Part shown: in pieces, positions 9,864-18,483 of the stretch
Numbering within the stretch: the first letter of the stretch is position 1
Layout: every line of letters begins with the position of its first letter
IMG/VR virus record: IMGVR_UViG_3300025887_000103
Location: 1 to 30,676 of that record
Origin: a virus
Lineage: Duplodnaviria; Caudoviricetes
Reading direction: 5' to 3' (one strand)
DNA: 30,676 bases
Notes under the pieces: generated by a model
The model's input: the letters and a program-made list of their open reading frames with translations, nothing else
What the model was told of the DNA's origin: nothing
Databases searched by the model: none
Position numbers and translations under genes: made by a program

Positions 9864-10592
9864 CTAGTCGTCCCAATCAGCAACAATAGAAGACAGTGCA
9901 TCATTGTCGGCCTTGGGGGCAGGGGCAGTTTTCTTAACTACTTTCTTCGGTTCCGGTGCAGCAGGTTCATCAAAGTCCTCAAACGAATCCTCATCTTTAG
10001 CCACTACTTCCTCTTTAGCTGCCTGTACAACTGGAGTAACTACCTCGAAAGGGTTCTCTTCCTCGTCGTGTTGGTACCCTTCTACATTGCCGAACGGAGA
10101 CGCAGATTCCATAGGCACGTATTTAATTACCTGAACTGCTCGTAATCTAAGGGAGACCCCTGCTTCTCGCATGAAGTACGGCGTAAACGTAACCGCCACA
10201 TTCACAGTACTGCCCGTGGTAAGCATGAAGTCTTCAGGTAGTTTAGTAGATTTTGCGTCATATTGTACAGGCTTTAAAGTAACATCTTTGCCATAGGCAC
10301 CCTTCAATGATGCTTTGAAGGTATACGTACCGTCTTCTTCCTTGTCAAAAGGATTGCCAAACTTCTCAGGCCAAGACGATTCTTTCCTAGCTTGGTAAGC
10401 CTCTGTCATAGCAATGAACAAATTCTTAGCCGTATCCTTGTCCATACGGAACTTAGTCTCGTACTTGGCCCCATCATCCAGAGGGTCGCATGGGACAGAG
10501 CGGTTCTCACCGGCATCAAACCTATACGTTTTGTTAATTCGGGGCCATAGAGCTTCTACGCCGTTTATTACATACTGTGTATTTGTAGCCAT
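9864..10592 (-). CDS. Single-stranded DNA-binding protein (T7 gp2.5-like)
   Basis: GSTVNVAV...GVSLRLRAVQVIKY signature; acidic C-terminal tail ending with an aromatic residue (ADWDD); located in the replication module. Confidence 0.75.
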   Translation of the reverse strand: MATNTQYVINGVEALWPRINKTYRFDAGENRSVPCDPLDDGAKYETKFRMDKDTAKNLFIAMTEAYQARKESSWPEKFGNPFDKEEDGTYTFKASLKGAYGKDVTLKPVQYDAKSTKLPEDFMLTTGSTVNVAVTFTPYFMREAGVSLRLRAVQVIKYVPMESASPFGNVEGYQHDEEENPFEVVTPVVQAAKEEVVAKDEDSFEDFDEPAAPEPKKVVKKTAPAPKADNDALSSIVADWDD

Positions 10593-10614
10593 GTTAAAAA
10601 TTCCTAAGTTTATT

Positions 10615-11274
10615 TTAGTTTGCGTTTAATTCAAAACCTTCTACTACTGCAAACGGAGACACAGGCTCACTAGTTACTGAGACAGTCGAAGTGATTGCCT
10701 CTATAGTATCTTCGTGGTCTACCATGCTGCTTACCGCTGCACGTGTGGCTTCATCTAAACTAGCTAAAGGTTTGAAGTAAAGTTTTGGTACGACACTATC
10801 CTTGTCGAAATATATTCTAGTAGTGATAGTGGCTATATCTGTATCATGTTTAGCCAGTAGCCGTGCGTACTCTTGCAGACCACTGTTCCCCCCTCTGCTA
10901 TTTCCAAATATAGAAGTGGCAGGTACCTGTAACTGATACACCTCTTTCGGGTTATCCCCGAATACAATGGCAAGTCGTTGAGAAAACCGACAAGCCCTAC
11001 CTCCAAACTGGCCTGAACCCCTAACGTTCTGAGTACAGTCCATACAACGGTTTGATTGCCGTTTGTCTTGAGGTACGCTCTGATCAGGCCGCTGCACGTC
11101 AGATGACCAACATGTAGGAACCGCAACCTTGTTAGGGTCGTACGTTTCCCCGTAATAAGCACGAGACACACCAGCCGCGTTTACCACGATAACGTCCATA
11201 ACTTCCGCGTCCAGCACCCTACCCTCTACGTTAAACTTGCCATCACGTAGGCTGATTCGGCGTAGCTTGCTCAT
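10615..11274 (-). CDS. Conserved phage replication-region protein with Cys cluster (PTCWS..CMDC..RACR); possible Zn-binding SSB-like protein
   Basis: 219-aa ORF; its start overlaps the upstream stop (TGATG); four conserved-looking Cys residues. Confidence 0.6.
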   Translation of the reverse strand: MSKLRRISLRDGKFNVEGRVLDAEVMDVIVVNAAGVSRAYYGETYDPNKVAVPTCWSSDVQRPDQSVPQDKRQSNRCMDCTQNVRGSGQFGGRACRFSQRLAIVFGDNPKEVYQLQVPATSIFGNSRGGNSGLQEYARLLAKHDTDIATITTRIYFDKDSVVPKLYFKPLASLDEATRAAVSSMVDHEDTIEAITSTVSVTSEPVSPFAVVEGFELNAN

Positions 11275-11501
11275 CAGATATCTTCGTCCGCATCGAAGTC
11301 AAGTTCTAACTGCCTATCGTCAAACTCTTCATCAGAGCGTGCTTTTACAAGAGCGGCCTCAACAGCGTCTAGGTTAAACCTGTACGTGTTACCGACCTTG
11401 ATATAGGTGTCAGATGGAACTTTATCCTGCCGTACCCATGCCCTAATGGTAGACACTGACACAGTAAAATGCCTTGCTACTTTTTCAATTGGTACAAACA
11501 T
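11274..11501 (-). CDS. Excisionase/MerR-like helix-turn-helix DNA-binding protein
   Basis: IEKVARHFTVSVSTIRAWVRQDKVP..IKVGNTYRF is a winged HTH pattern. Confidence 0.8.
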   Translation of the reverse strand: MFVPIEKVARHFTVSVSTIRAWVRQDKVPSDTYIKVGNTYRFNLDAVEAALVKARSDEEFDDRQLELDFDADEDI

Positions 11502-11902
11502 TACTTCCTCCTTACTGTTATTACGTACTCGGAGTCCACGTTAAGACCCTTTGGTACGAGTTCTGGGTTCTCTTCTAGGAACTGTTTCATATTCGACTGG
11601 TTCAATCTTTTATCAAACAGCTCTGGTGCCCTATGCTCTAACACAAAACTGTGCATAGATTCCCAGTCGCTAGTCCAATATCTAACTTTTGCCGATCTGT
11701 AAAACATACCTGCTGAAGTTTTTACACTATCGACCCCCTGCTCTTTGCAGAAAGCCAACAACGCTCTTTTCACTTCGTCTAGCTGGTCAGCTAGCTTCTT
11801 ATCTTTCTCTTTAAACTCCGCTGTTAGTTCCGCCCGTTTATCCTTGATCTTATGGAAAACTCGGGTGAGTCTTTCAGCAGGAGCATCGTTCTCTTTGCTC
11901 AT
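11501..11902 (-). CDS. Hypothetical phage protein (N-terminal coiled coil)
   Basis: 133-aa ORF with an AGGA RBS; its stop overlaps the next start (TAATG). Confidence 0.8.
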   Translation of the reverse strand: MSKENDAPAERLTRVFHKIKDKRAELTAEFKEKDKKLADQLDEVKRALLAFCKEQGVDSVKTSAGMFYRSAKVRYWTSDWESMHSFVLEHRAPELFDKRLNQSNMKQFLEENPELVPKGLNVDSEYVITVRRK

Positions 11903-11931
11903 CGCTCTATCCTATTAGTGACAGGACGTAC

Positions 11932-11960
11932 ACTTTAGTACCCTAAAGTACCCTAGTCAA
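11932..11960 (-). promoter_or_regulatory. Sigma70-type promoter TTGACT-17-TAAAGT for the HTH/SSB/primase block
   Basis: -35 at 11955-11960 and -10 at 11932-11937 with an exact 17-bp spacer; overlapped by an inverted and a direct repeat. Confidence 0.65.
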
Positions 11961-13488
11961 GTATTTCTTTGTATAGATCAATCATTTTTGTGTGTACGTC
12001 TATTCTGTTGTCAAGTAATGCGTAAACACGTTTCTCAGCGTGGGAACCTTGGAGCTGAACTACGGTACATTTGTGGTCTTGACCTGACCTGTGTACCCGA
12101 GCGTTAGCTTGGGCGTAGGTTTCAAGGGAGCTTGTCGGTGCCCACCATACCACTGTGTTAGCCGCTGTTAAGGTAACTCCGTGTGCTGCTGACTGGGGTT
12201 GTATCACTAGCACCTTGGGATCATCCATACTCTGGAACCGCTTGAAGATTTCTGTACGTTTGGCCGCAGGTACATCTCCCCGTATTACTTCTGTGCTTAT
12301 GCCATCCCCCCGCAGCTTACCCACTAGCAAGTCAATGGTGTGCTTGAACGGCACGAACACCAGAACTTTCTTACTAGACTCTTCTATGACTTCCATCAAC
12401 ACTTTATACCTAGGTGTGATATCAAACTCTACCGCGTCTCCCTTATCGGTATAGACCGCCCCCGCAGATATCTGTAGTAACTTGTTCATGCTAACAGCAG
12501 CATTGGCAGCGGTAATTTGTTCCCCCGCAGCTTGCATTACCATCTTGTCTTTTAACTCTTTGTAATACTTCAACTGTTGACGTGTTAGGCTAACCTCGCG
12601 CTTCACGTATACCATTGGTGGTAGGTCTAAGCATTCTTCTTTGGTGAACCGTATGGCTGGCTGCAACACCCTATGCACTGTGTTGGTAGCATCTTCTTTT
12701 GGCACCCACTTAAAGTTAGTCACCTTGCGCATAACCTGATCCCGAAAGGAACCGAGAAACCTAGGTACAGCCGTAGGGTTAACTAATCGGGCTATTCCAA
12801 ACGCGTCAACAGGACTCTGTGCGGCGGGGGTACCCGTCATCATCCACAACCAAGTACTAGGGCCAACTAACTTATTGAGTGTCTTCCATCGTTTGGTCTG
12901 GGGATTCTTGTAGTGAGTAGCCTCGTCTACAATGATAAGGTCGAACCTACCGTTAGCTACTGCGTCGGCTACAATCTCTACCCCGTCGTAGTTTATTATC
13001 ACGTACTCTGCGTCACCCTCAATAATCTCTACCCGTTTCTTAGCAGCGCCGTAGGCCACGTCAACCTTGCGGTGCATAGCGAAGTTAAATAGGTCATCTC
13101 GCCACGCGGAATCCATGATAGATAGGGGGCAGATAACCAAAACACGTCTTATAATACCTTGTGTTAGTAAGTAATCAGACGCCCAGATGGCACTAGCAGT
13201 CTTGCCTGTACCCTGCTCATTGAAGCAGAAGGCTTTACGGTTAAGGGTTAGGAAAGCAGAGGTGGTTTTCTGGTGGTCGAACGGTTTGTATCTACCCGTC
13301 CACTCGTACCTAGACTCTATGGGGGAAGGCACCTTGATGTTCATGTTCCTTAGAACTTGTGTCTCGTCCATCCCCCAGTTAACTAACACTTGGTTGTTCG
13401 GTAACTCCTTACTCTTGGGTATCACTGCTGTAACTCTTGCTGGGTTACGTAGTGTCAGCAACAACGCCTTGTTATCTACAATTTTCAT
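11953..13488 (-). CDS. SNF2-family (SF2) helicase
   Basis: EQGTGKT Walker A, IIVDEATH, MTGTP, AAHGVTLT and QANARVHRSGQ motifs. Confidence 0.92.
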   Translation of the reverse strand: MKIVDNKALLLTLRNPARVTAVIPKSKELPNNQVLVNWGMDETQVLRNMNIKVPSPIESRYEWTGRYKPFDHQKTTSAFLTLNRKAFCFNEQGTGKTASAIWASDYLLTQGIIRRVLVICPLSIMDSAWRDDLFNFAMHRKVDVAYGAAKKRVEIIEGDAEYVIINYDGVEIVADAVANGRFDLIIVDEATHYKNPQTKRWKTLNKLVGPSTWLWMMTGTPAAQSPVDAFGIARLVNPTAVPRFLGSFRDQVMRKVTNFKWVPKEDATNTVHRVLQPAIRFTKEECLDLPPMVYVKREVSLTRQQLKYYKELKDKMVMQAAGEQITAANAAVSMNKLLQISAGAVYTDKGDAVEFDITPRYKVLMEVIEESSKKVLVFVPFKHTIDLLVGKLRGDGISTEVIRGDVPAAKRTEIFKRFQSMDDPKVLVIQPQSAAHGVTLTAANTVVWWAPTSSLETYAQANARVHRSGQDHKCTVVQLQGSHAEKRVYALLDNRIDVHTKMIDLYKEILD

Positions 13489-13695
13489 TTATTTCTCCGA
13501 TGCCAAATAGCACGAAGTGGGTGTCCACATCATGCAAGAAAAAGTAAGCCCTGCTTCGCTCACAGATAGGGCTAGGTCTGCTTATGAAGGGAAGATGGAT
13601 CCCCGAACTTCCTAGATTTTTGTGAGTAAAAAATCACGCTTTCACACGACACTCACGTTTTTTATAGACGCATCTAGGCAAGCGTCTTTTGGGGG

Positions 13696-13965
13696 TTACT
13701 TCTTCTTCTTGTAGTTCCGACTTCTGTTAGCAGATCGACTCTCTACAGTAACGCCATCTGCATTACTGCCGCCGTTAACCAAGGCTTTCTTGTGGCTAAC
13801 ATCTTTACCTTCACGTTTGTCTGCTTTGCCGTTCTTATTGGCGTCTCTACTTTCTTTGTCCATCTTACGTCTGGCACGCTGTCGCTCCATTCGGCGTTCA
13901 AACGTGTCGCTACCCACGGGGGCGTTAACTTGTTTCTTTCTATCTGACTTCTTCTTATAAGGCAT
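13696..13965 (-). CDS. Small basic HNH-like protein
   Basis: GKDVSHKKALVNGGSN...SRSANRSRN resembles a beta-beta-alpha-Me HNH core. Confidence 0.6.
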   Translation of the reverse strand: MPYKKKSDRKKQVNAPVGSDTFERRMERQRARRKMDKESRDANKNGKADKREGKDVSHKKALVNGGSNADGVTVESRSANRSRNYKKKK

Positions 13966-14636
13966 TAGTGCCTCCCGTTATGTATACATTCCGTCACTAT
14001 GCAGTGTCTCCTGCATAACCCACTTTGGTGAGCGTTCCAAACATCTCTCTCAAATGCTTTTTCCATACGGCTGTAGTCAGATAACCACTTAGCCCATAGC
14101 GTAGATTCTTCAGATTTTTCGTAATTGCCTGTTATCAGTTCCCCGCACACCACAAAAACTAACCCGCCTTTTACATGTTCTATTTCGGGGTAGTGTTTGA
14201 ATACAGCGAGGGCCATTAGCTCTAACTGCCCTTTATCCGCATACCTAGTGTTCTTGCTTGTCTTGTAATCTATTATCCAAGCTGTCTTGGTATCTCTGTT
14301 CAGTATAACTAAATCCGCTATACCCCGCCACCAGACAGCATCATCTCTAAAACCACATGGCTTCAAGTCCTCAGTAAGCCCCATCTCTAGCTCGCATATC
14401 TTCTCTCCTGCTTTGGCGTTCAAGGAATCTAAAACGTCTTTGCAGTAGCTGTACTTCTCAGGCAGCGGGGTGCCATCGCGTATATACTCTTCCGCCGCTA
14501 AGTGTACGGCAGTGCCGTACAGCATTGCTTCTGTCTCCGACTCCCTGTAGTTCTTTAACACCTTTAAGTGGTAGAACTTCTTGGGGCATTGCTCAAAAGA
14601 TTTGATCTTAGAAAACGACCACGGGGCTATACTCAT
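13965..14636 (-). CDS. PD-(D/E)XK exonuclease, RecB/Cas4-like
   Basis: WSFSKI..FEQCP, GTAVH, GIADL, IIDYKT, QLELMA and C-terminal CRRHC...C (split four-Cys Fe-S-type arrangement). Confidence 0.88.
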   Translation of the reverse strand: MSIAPWSFSKIKSFEQCPKKFYHLKVLKNYRESETEAMLYGTAVHLAAEEYIRDGTPLPEKYSYCKDVLDSLNAKAGEKICELEMGLTEDLKPCGFRDDAVWWRGIADLVILNRDTKTAWIIDYKTSKNTRYADKGQLELMALAVFKHYPEIEHVKGGLVFVVCGELITGNYEKSEESTLWAKWLSDYSRMEKAFERDVWNAHQSGLCRRHCIVTECIHNGRH

Positions 14637-14872
14637 CGGTATGTATCCTCCACGTATAGGCCAACCTCTGCTAGCGCTCTTATAATAGGTTCTATGAAAT
14701 CAACGTCTAGTAGCAACCTATTTGTACCAAAACCATTTTCCCCCCGCACTACCTGCTCTAAACAAATTACTAACTCCCCGTCTTCGTACTGCCCTAAATA
14801 CACAGATACTTGCCCATCTTCTATGGAGTCGGGTATTTCCGGGTTTAGCGGCCAGTCGATTATGTCACCCAT
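14633..14872 (-). CDS. Acidic hypothetical protein (79 aa; start reassigned to MGDIIDW)
   Basis: ATG at 14872 follows the polymerase stop by 1 nt and has GGGGAG upstream; its stop overlaps the nuclease start (ATGA). Confidence 0.6.
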   Translation of the reverse strand: MGDIIDWPLNPEIPDSIEDGQVSVYLGQYEDGELVICLEQVVRGENGFGTNRLLLDVDFIEPIIRALAEVGLYVEDTYR

Positions 14873-14873
14873 A

Positions 14874-16730
14874 CTATTCGCACTCCCCGTAAGATTTACC
14901 ATTACCTGACTCACACGTTATAGGTAGACCTTCCGCCCATAGTGGAGTAGTACTCATACAACGTTCAATAAAAGCTGTTGCTTCTGCTAACTCGTCTGTA
15001 GGTACACAACATACCACAGAGTCATGCACTGTAAGTGCTACCTTGTATTTCTTAGCTATAGCTAACATCTGTTCCCCAATAATACACCTAGCAACGGCCT
15101 GACACACGTTTTCTGTGACTTTACCTCCATATATACGGTTGTAGCCGTTCCTAGTCTTGTAGCTGAACTCTAGTCCGCGCTCTCCCTGCTCGTACCTTAG
15201 GCCATCGTAACGCATGTTTAGGCCAGAGGGTAACCGTATCCACGCGTTACATACAGGCTTGCCCAGATGCTGTCCTCGCGTTGCCCCGTACTTGATTATA
15301 CCGTTAGGCCCAAGGCTACCGGACTCTCCCCTAGACATATTTACTAACATGTTCTGTAGGTTACGCCATAGCGTACCAATCTTCCAATTAGTGTTTCTGT
15401 ATATGCTAATGATTCTACGCGACTCCTCTAAACTTATAACCGTACCAAAAGATTGTAGCTGATCAGCAAACCTACCTGCGCCCATACCATAGCCACATCC
15501 TAGGATGGTGGTCTTACCTACAAAGCGCTGATCTTTGGCTACCTTGTCTTCTGGTACACCATATATAGTAGAGGCCATCGTTATGTATACGTCTTTTTTA
15601 GCTGCAAATGCAGATACCAGTTCCTCTTGTTCAGCAAGCCACGCTAATACTCGGGCCTCAATCTGAGAAGAGTCGCAGTCAACCAACGTATACCCTTTAG
15701 GGGCAAGCATACTACTCTTTAACTTCTTACCATTTACTCCCCGGCTCGGAAGGTTCTGTATGTTTATCTTATCGTCGCCTCCCCACCTACCTGTATGGGC
15801 AGCGTAGTACCGGATAGGCACGGGCATAAGGCCACGCTTGGCAATAGAGATAAACCTTTCAGTGCGGGACTCTTCCAACGAACCCTTAACCCCTAACCTA
15901 GACGCTACCAGCAGCCGCACTCTGGGGTCTTCGTGCTCCAGCAATGCTTGGAACTGCTCATCGGTCTTGGCAAAGGCTAACGTCTCCTTGCCAGTAGTCA
16001 GGCTGGTCTTCGTTGGCGGGGTAACACCTACTGCCCTAAGCAATTCGGCAAACTGGGGGTTACTCATCAACTCCTTCTTAGTTACACCAGAAGACGTTAT
16101 CAAGTCCTCTTTCTCCTGCTTGGTGTCTTTAAGGTGTTGCTTTAGTAGGGGTAAGTCTAACTCCAGTACGGGATCTACAAACATGCGTAGGGTACAGTCG
16201 ATCAAGCGTAGCTCCTGCTTAGGGAAATCCTTACCCATGATATTGAACAGTTTATAAGTCAGCTCAACGTCGTTTATGCAGTAGTCCCCGTAGGTGCCTA
16301 AATCTTCTTCTGTGAAATCTTCTCGTCGCTTGCCAAGGGCGTCTTGTACTTCTGTACCTTTAGCCCCGATACCGTATCGGGTAGCAAGTGCCGCAAGAGA
16401 TCCGCCGACCTCGACCCCATGTAGAGCGCGAGCAATACACAGAGTATCAGCCAGCAGGTAAGGGTGAACGTCAAACAGCCAACTAAGTATAGCGCCATCG
16501 AACATAGTGTTGTGGCATAAGAGTATAGTCTTACTCCAATCGAAGGATTGTAAATAGTCTTTGAGTTCTTCATGTGTTCCGCTGGCCCACTCTGTGGCTC
16601 CGTTGTTAACTTTTACCCCCACACCGATCACCTCAAAGCGAGGGTCACGTATGTAGGACTCTGTTGTCATCTTACGCAATGAAAAGTCTTTGTCATAATA
16701 CGTTTCAAAGTCAATCGTTATTAGGTTCAT
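14874..16730 (-). CDS. polA: Family A DNA polymerase with 3'-5' exonuclease and no 5'-3' exonuclease
   Basis: ExoI IDFETY, ExoII HNTMFD, ExoIII YCINDV; HTGRWG; motif A DSSQIEAR; motif B RFVGKTTILGCGYG; motif C VHDS. Confidence 0.95.
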   Translation of the reverse strand: MNLITIDFETYYDKDFSLRKMTTESYIRDPRFEVIGVGVKVNNGATEWASGTHEELKDYLQSFDWSKTILLCHNTMFDGAILSWLFDVHPYLLADTLCIARALHGVEVGGSLAALATRYGIGAKGTEVQDALGKRREDFTEEDLGTYGDYCINDVELTYKLFNIMGKDFPKQELRLIDCTLRMFVDPVLELDLPLLKQHLKDTKQEKEDLITSSGVTKKELMSNPQFAELLRAVGVTPPTKTSLTTGKETLAFAKTDEQFQALLEHEDPRVRLLVASRLGVKGSLEESRTERFISIAKRGLMPVPIRYYAAHTGRWGGDDKINIQNLPSRGVNGKKLKSSMLAPKGYTLVDCDSSQIEARVLAWLAEQEELVSAFAAKKDVYITMASTIYGVPEDKVAKDQRFVGKTTILGCGYGMGAGRFADQLQSFGTVISLEESRRIISIYRNTNWKIGTLWRNLQNMLVNMSRGESGSLGPNGIIKYGATRGQHLGKPVCNAWIRLPSGLNMRYDGLRYEQGERGLEFSYKTRNGYNRIYGGKVTENVCQAVARCIIGEQMLAIAKKYKVALTVHDSVVCCVPTDELAEATAFIERCMSTTPLWAEGLPITCESGNGKSYGECE

Positions 16731-16742
16731 GTCAACTCTCTG

Positions 16743-16829
16743 TTATAAGCAGTGCCCTAGGATAATCCCAAAAGGGTAGATTGCGTGTGTGATGACTGCC
16801 ACTACCAATATCTCCATGTCAGCCACCAT
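16743..16829 (-). CDS. Putative 28-aa hydrophobic peptide (MVADMEILVVAVITHAIYPFGIILGHCL), not in the ORF track
   Basis: It fills the gap between DUF3310 and polA, with a GAGGTG RBS 5 nt before the ATG. Confidence 0.45.
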   Translation of the reverse strand: MVADMEILVVAVITHAIYPFGIILGHCL

Positions 16830-16831
16830 AA

Positions 16832-17146
16832 CTACACCTCTACCTTAGATATTAACTTGTTTAAGTACCACTGGGCCTTGTGTAAGTCCTCCAATGGCTT
16901 GGCCTTTCGCTCGTAACGCCACAAGTATTTCATGCACGCTCCCTTGCAGTACCCCCTGAACGCCTCCGGTGTCATCGACGCTTCTATACCATCAATACAC
17001 TCGACATCCCCTGCGGTGTAATGCTTGGGCGAATTCACCATACTCTCGACCGGCTGCATGTCGTACTTATCTACGTACGGGTCTACCGCAGGGAAGTCTC
17101 TCCTTAACCGCTCCCAATCCTCGGGTGTTGCTTTGTCAATGCTCAT
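16832..17146 (-). CDS. DUF3310 (SaV-like / T7 gp1.7 nucleotide-kinase-like) protein
   Basis: VNSPKHY..GDVECID...GYCKGACMKYLWRYERK...EDLHKAQWYL. Confidence 0.85.
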   Translation of the reverse strand: MSIDKATPEDWERLRRDFPAVDPYVDKYDMQPVESMVNSPKHYTAGDVECIDGIEASMTPEAFRGYCKGACMKYLWRYERKAKPLEDLHKAQWYLNKLISKVEV

Positions 17147-17454
17147 AATGTGTTTCCTCCTTCTCCGTTGTGATAAGAGTTAGCCCGTTCGCGAAACTTG
17201 AATAAAGCATTGTGCTCGGGGTACTCACTAACAAACTTCCTCGCGTAATGTGAAATCCAGCCATCATCTACCTTGAATTGCTTTTGTTTTTCTTCGATCA
17301 TAGTCTCCCATCTGATCCGGTGGAAAATGTTTTTGGCTGAGTAATACGACCTACGGCTTGCAACCTGTAGAGCGAACTTAACAAACAGGTCATATATATC
17401 TGGGTTTTTTTCATCGTGCAAATTAAAATTTTCTTGCGTCCATTTACCGTTCAT
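17143..17454 (-). CDS. Hypothetical phage protein flanked by 17-bp direct repeats
   Basis: 103-aa ORF with a GAGGA RBS; overlaps both neighbouring genes. Confidence 0.8.
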   Translation of the reverse strand: MNGKWTQENFNLHDEKNPDIYDLFVKFALQVASRRSYYSAKNIFHRIRWETMIEEKQKQFKVDDGWISHYARKFVSEYPEHNALFKFRERANSYHNGEGGNTL

Positions 17455-17467
17455 AATGTGTTTCCTC
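17143..17467. repeat. Exact 17-bp direct repeat TCATAATGTGTTTCCTC at 17143-17159 and 17451-17467
   Basis: Read directly; each copy contains an RBS and ATG on the - strand. Confidence 0.95.
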
Positions 17468-17746
17468 TAGTAAGTGTTTGATATCGTTCATGTTAGCTTC
17501 GTTAACCACGCACGCAATACCCTGCGCATCGCCTATCTCCTTCAGGTTCTTATCCTGTAAAGCTGTTGTCTTACCCTTACCTGCCTTACATTCAATCCCG
17601 AAGAACCTACCGTTGTAGCACCCTACTACATCTGGCACTCCACTCTTACCGTAGCCACCTGTAGCCGGGAAGAAATAGTAGCACCCTAATGTTTTTAGCT
17701 GCTCGACTACCTTCTTCTTTACCTTACCCTCTGGGGTCATTGCCAT
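17444..17746 (-). CDS. VRR-NUC domain nuclease (Holliday-junction-resolvase-like)
   Basis: TPEGKVK...GVPDVV...FFGIECKA...TALQ pattern. Confidence 0.88.
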   Translation of the reverse strand: MAMTPEGKVKKKVVEQLKTLGCYYFFPATGGYGKSGVPDVVGCYNGRFFGIECKAGKGKTTALQDKNLKEIGDAQGIACVVNEANMNDIKHLLEETHYER

Positions 17747-18020
17747 CTAAAGGTCTCCTTTTACTTGGCTCCGCTCGTGTAAGGTCGTACGCCTTAACTG
17801 CCGCTAGGTCTTCAGGCTTTACCCAAAGGATAACCTTCTGCAACTTCATCTGATAAAGCATCCTAGTGTCGGGCCTTACCTCTTTTGCGTTGAAAGACTT
17901 GTTGTTCACGATCATCGACACAGCTCGTTGGCTAGTGTCGTACTTTTTAGCCAATTCAAACTGCCGGATGTTGGTGTTTTGGTACTCTTCCCGTATTAAC
18001 TCTGCCGTTCTGAAATTCAT
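17724..18020 (-). CDS. Putative HTH DNA-binding protein
   Basis: IRQFELAKKYDTSQRAVSMIVNNKSF is an HTH-like segment; GGAG RBS. Confidence 0.6.
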   Translation of the reverse strand: MNFRTAELIREEYQNTNIRQFELAKKYDTSQRAVSMIVNNKSFNAKEVRPDTRMLYQMKLQKVILWVKPEDLAAVKAYDLTRAEPSKRRPLDGNDPRG

Positions 18021-18229
18021 GTAGCATCTCCCTTTAACAGCCCTATCTCTCCCTCCAACAGCACTATATCTGCCTTCAACCGCGCAATCTCTTCGTCCTG
18101 TTCCTCCTCTCGATGCTCGTAATATTCAACCGCGTTACGGTGTGCCCATTCTTTAGTGGTCATTTCGCTAATAATCATAATACTTAACCGGTGTAACTGT
18201 TCGCTAGTGGACTCTCGGATATTACTCAT
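18017..18229 (-). CDS. Hypothetical protein (C-terminal coiled coil)
   Basis: 70-aa ORF with ATGA overlaps on both sides and a GGAGGGG RBS. Confidence 0.7.
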   Translation of the reverse strand: MSNIRESTSEQLHRLSIMIISEMTTKEWAHRNAVEYYEHREEEQDEEIARLKADIVLLEGEIGLLKGDAT

Positions 18230-18483
18230 ACTACCCCCTCCAATTTAAGTTTCTTGTTCCATAGCTGCCTTGCTAAGGCCATACGTGGCACATGGTTCTC
18301 GAACATCTGCCGTGCATCGTTGACCATCGCACCCTTACTCTTAGTAAGCCCTGACTTAGCTAGATACTTCGCAGCCTTTAACTTGTTAGCACTAATATTC
18401 CCACATATTGGGCCACAGTTTTTATTGGCCCCACTACGTGCTTGGAACTCAGCACCACACTCCTGACAAAACTTAATCAGCAT
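18226..18483 (-). CDS. Small Zn-finger-like protein
   Basis: CQEC...NCGPIC; GGAG RBS. Confidence 0.65.
   Translation of the reverse strand: MLIKFCQECGAEFQARSGANKNCGPICGNISANKLKAAKYLAKSGLTKSKGAMVNDARQMFENHVPRMALARQLWNKKLKLEGVV

Noticed and set aside
11274-11501. Excisionase implying an integration module
   Set aside because: No integrase or att-like site in the window; the fold is common among phage transcriptional regulators.
13965-14636. Cas4 as part of a CRISPR system
   Set aside because: It sits in the replication module between polA and the SNF2 helicase, the usual context for stand-alone phage RecB/Cas4-like exonucleases.
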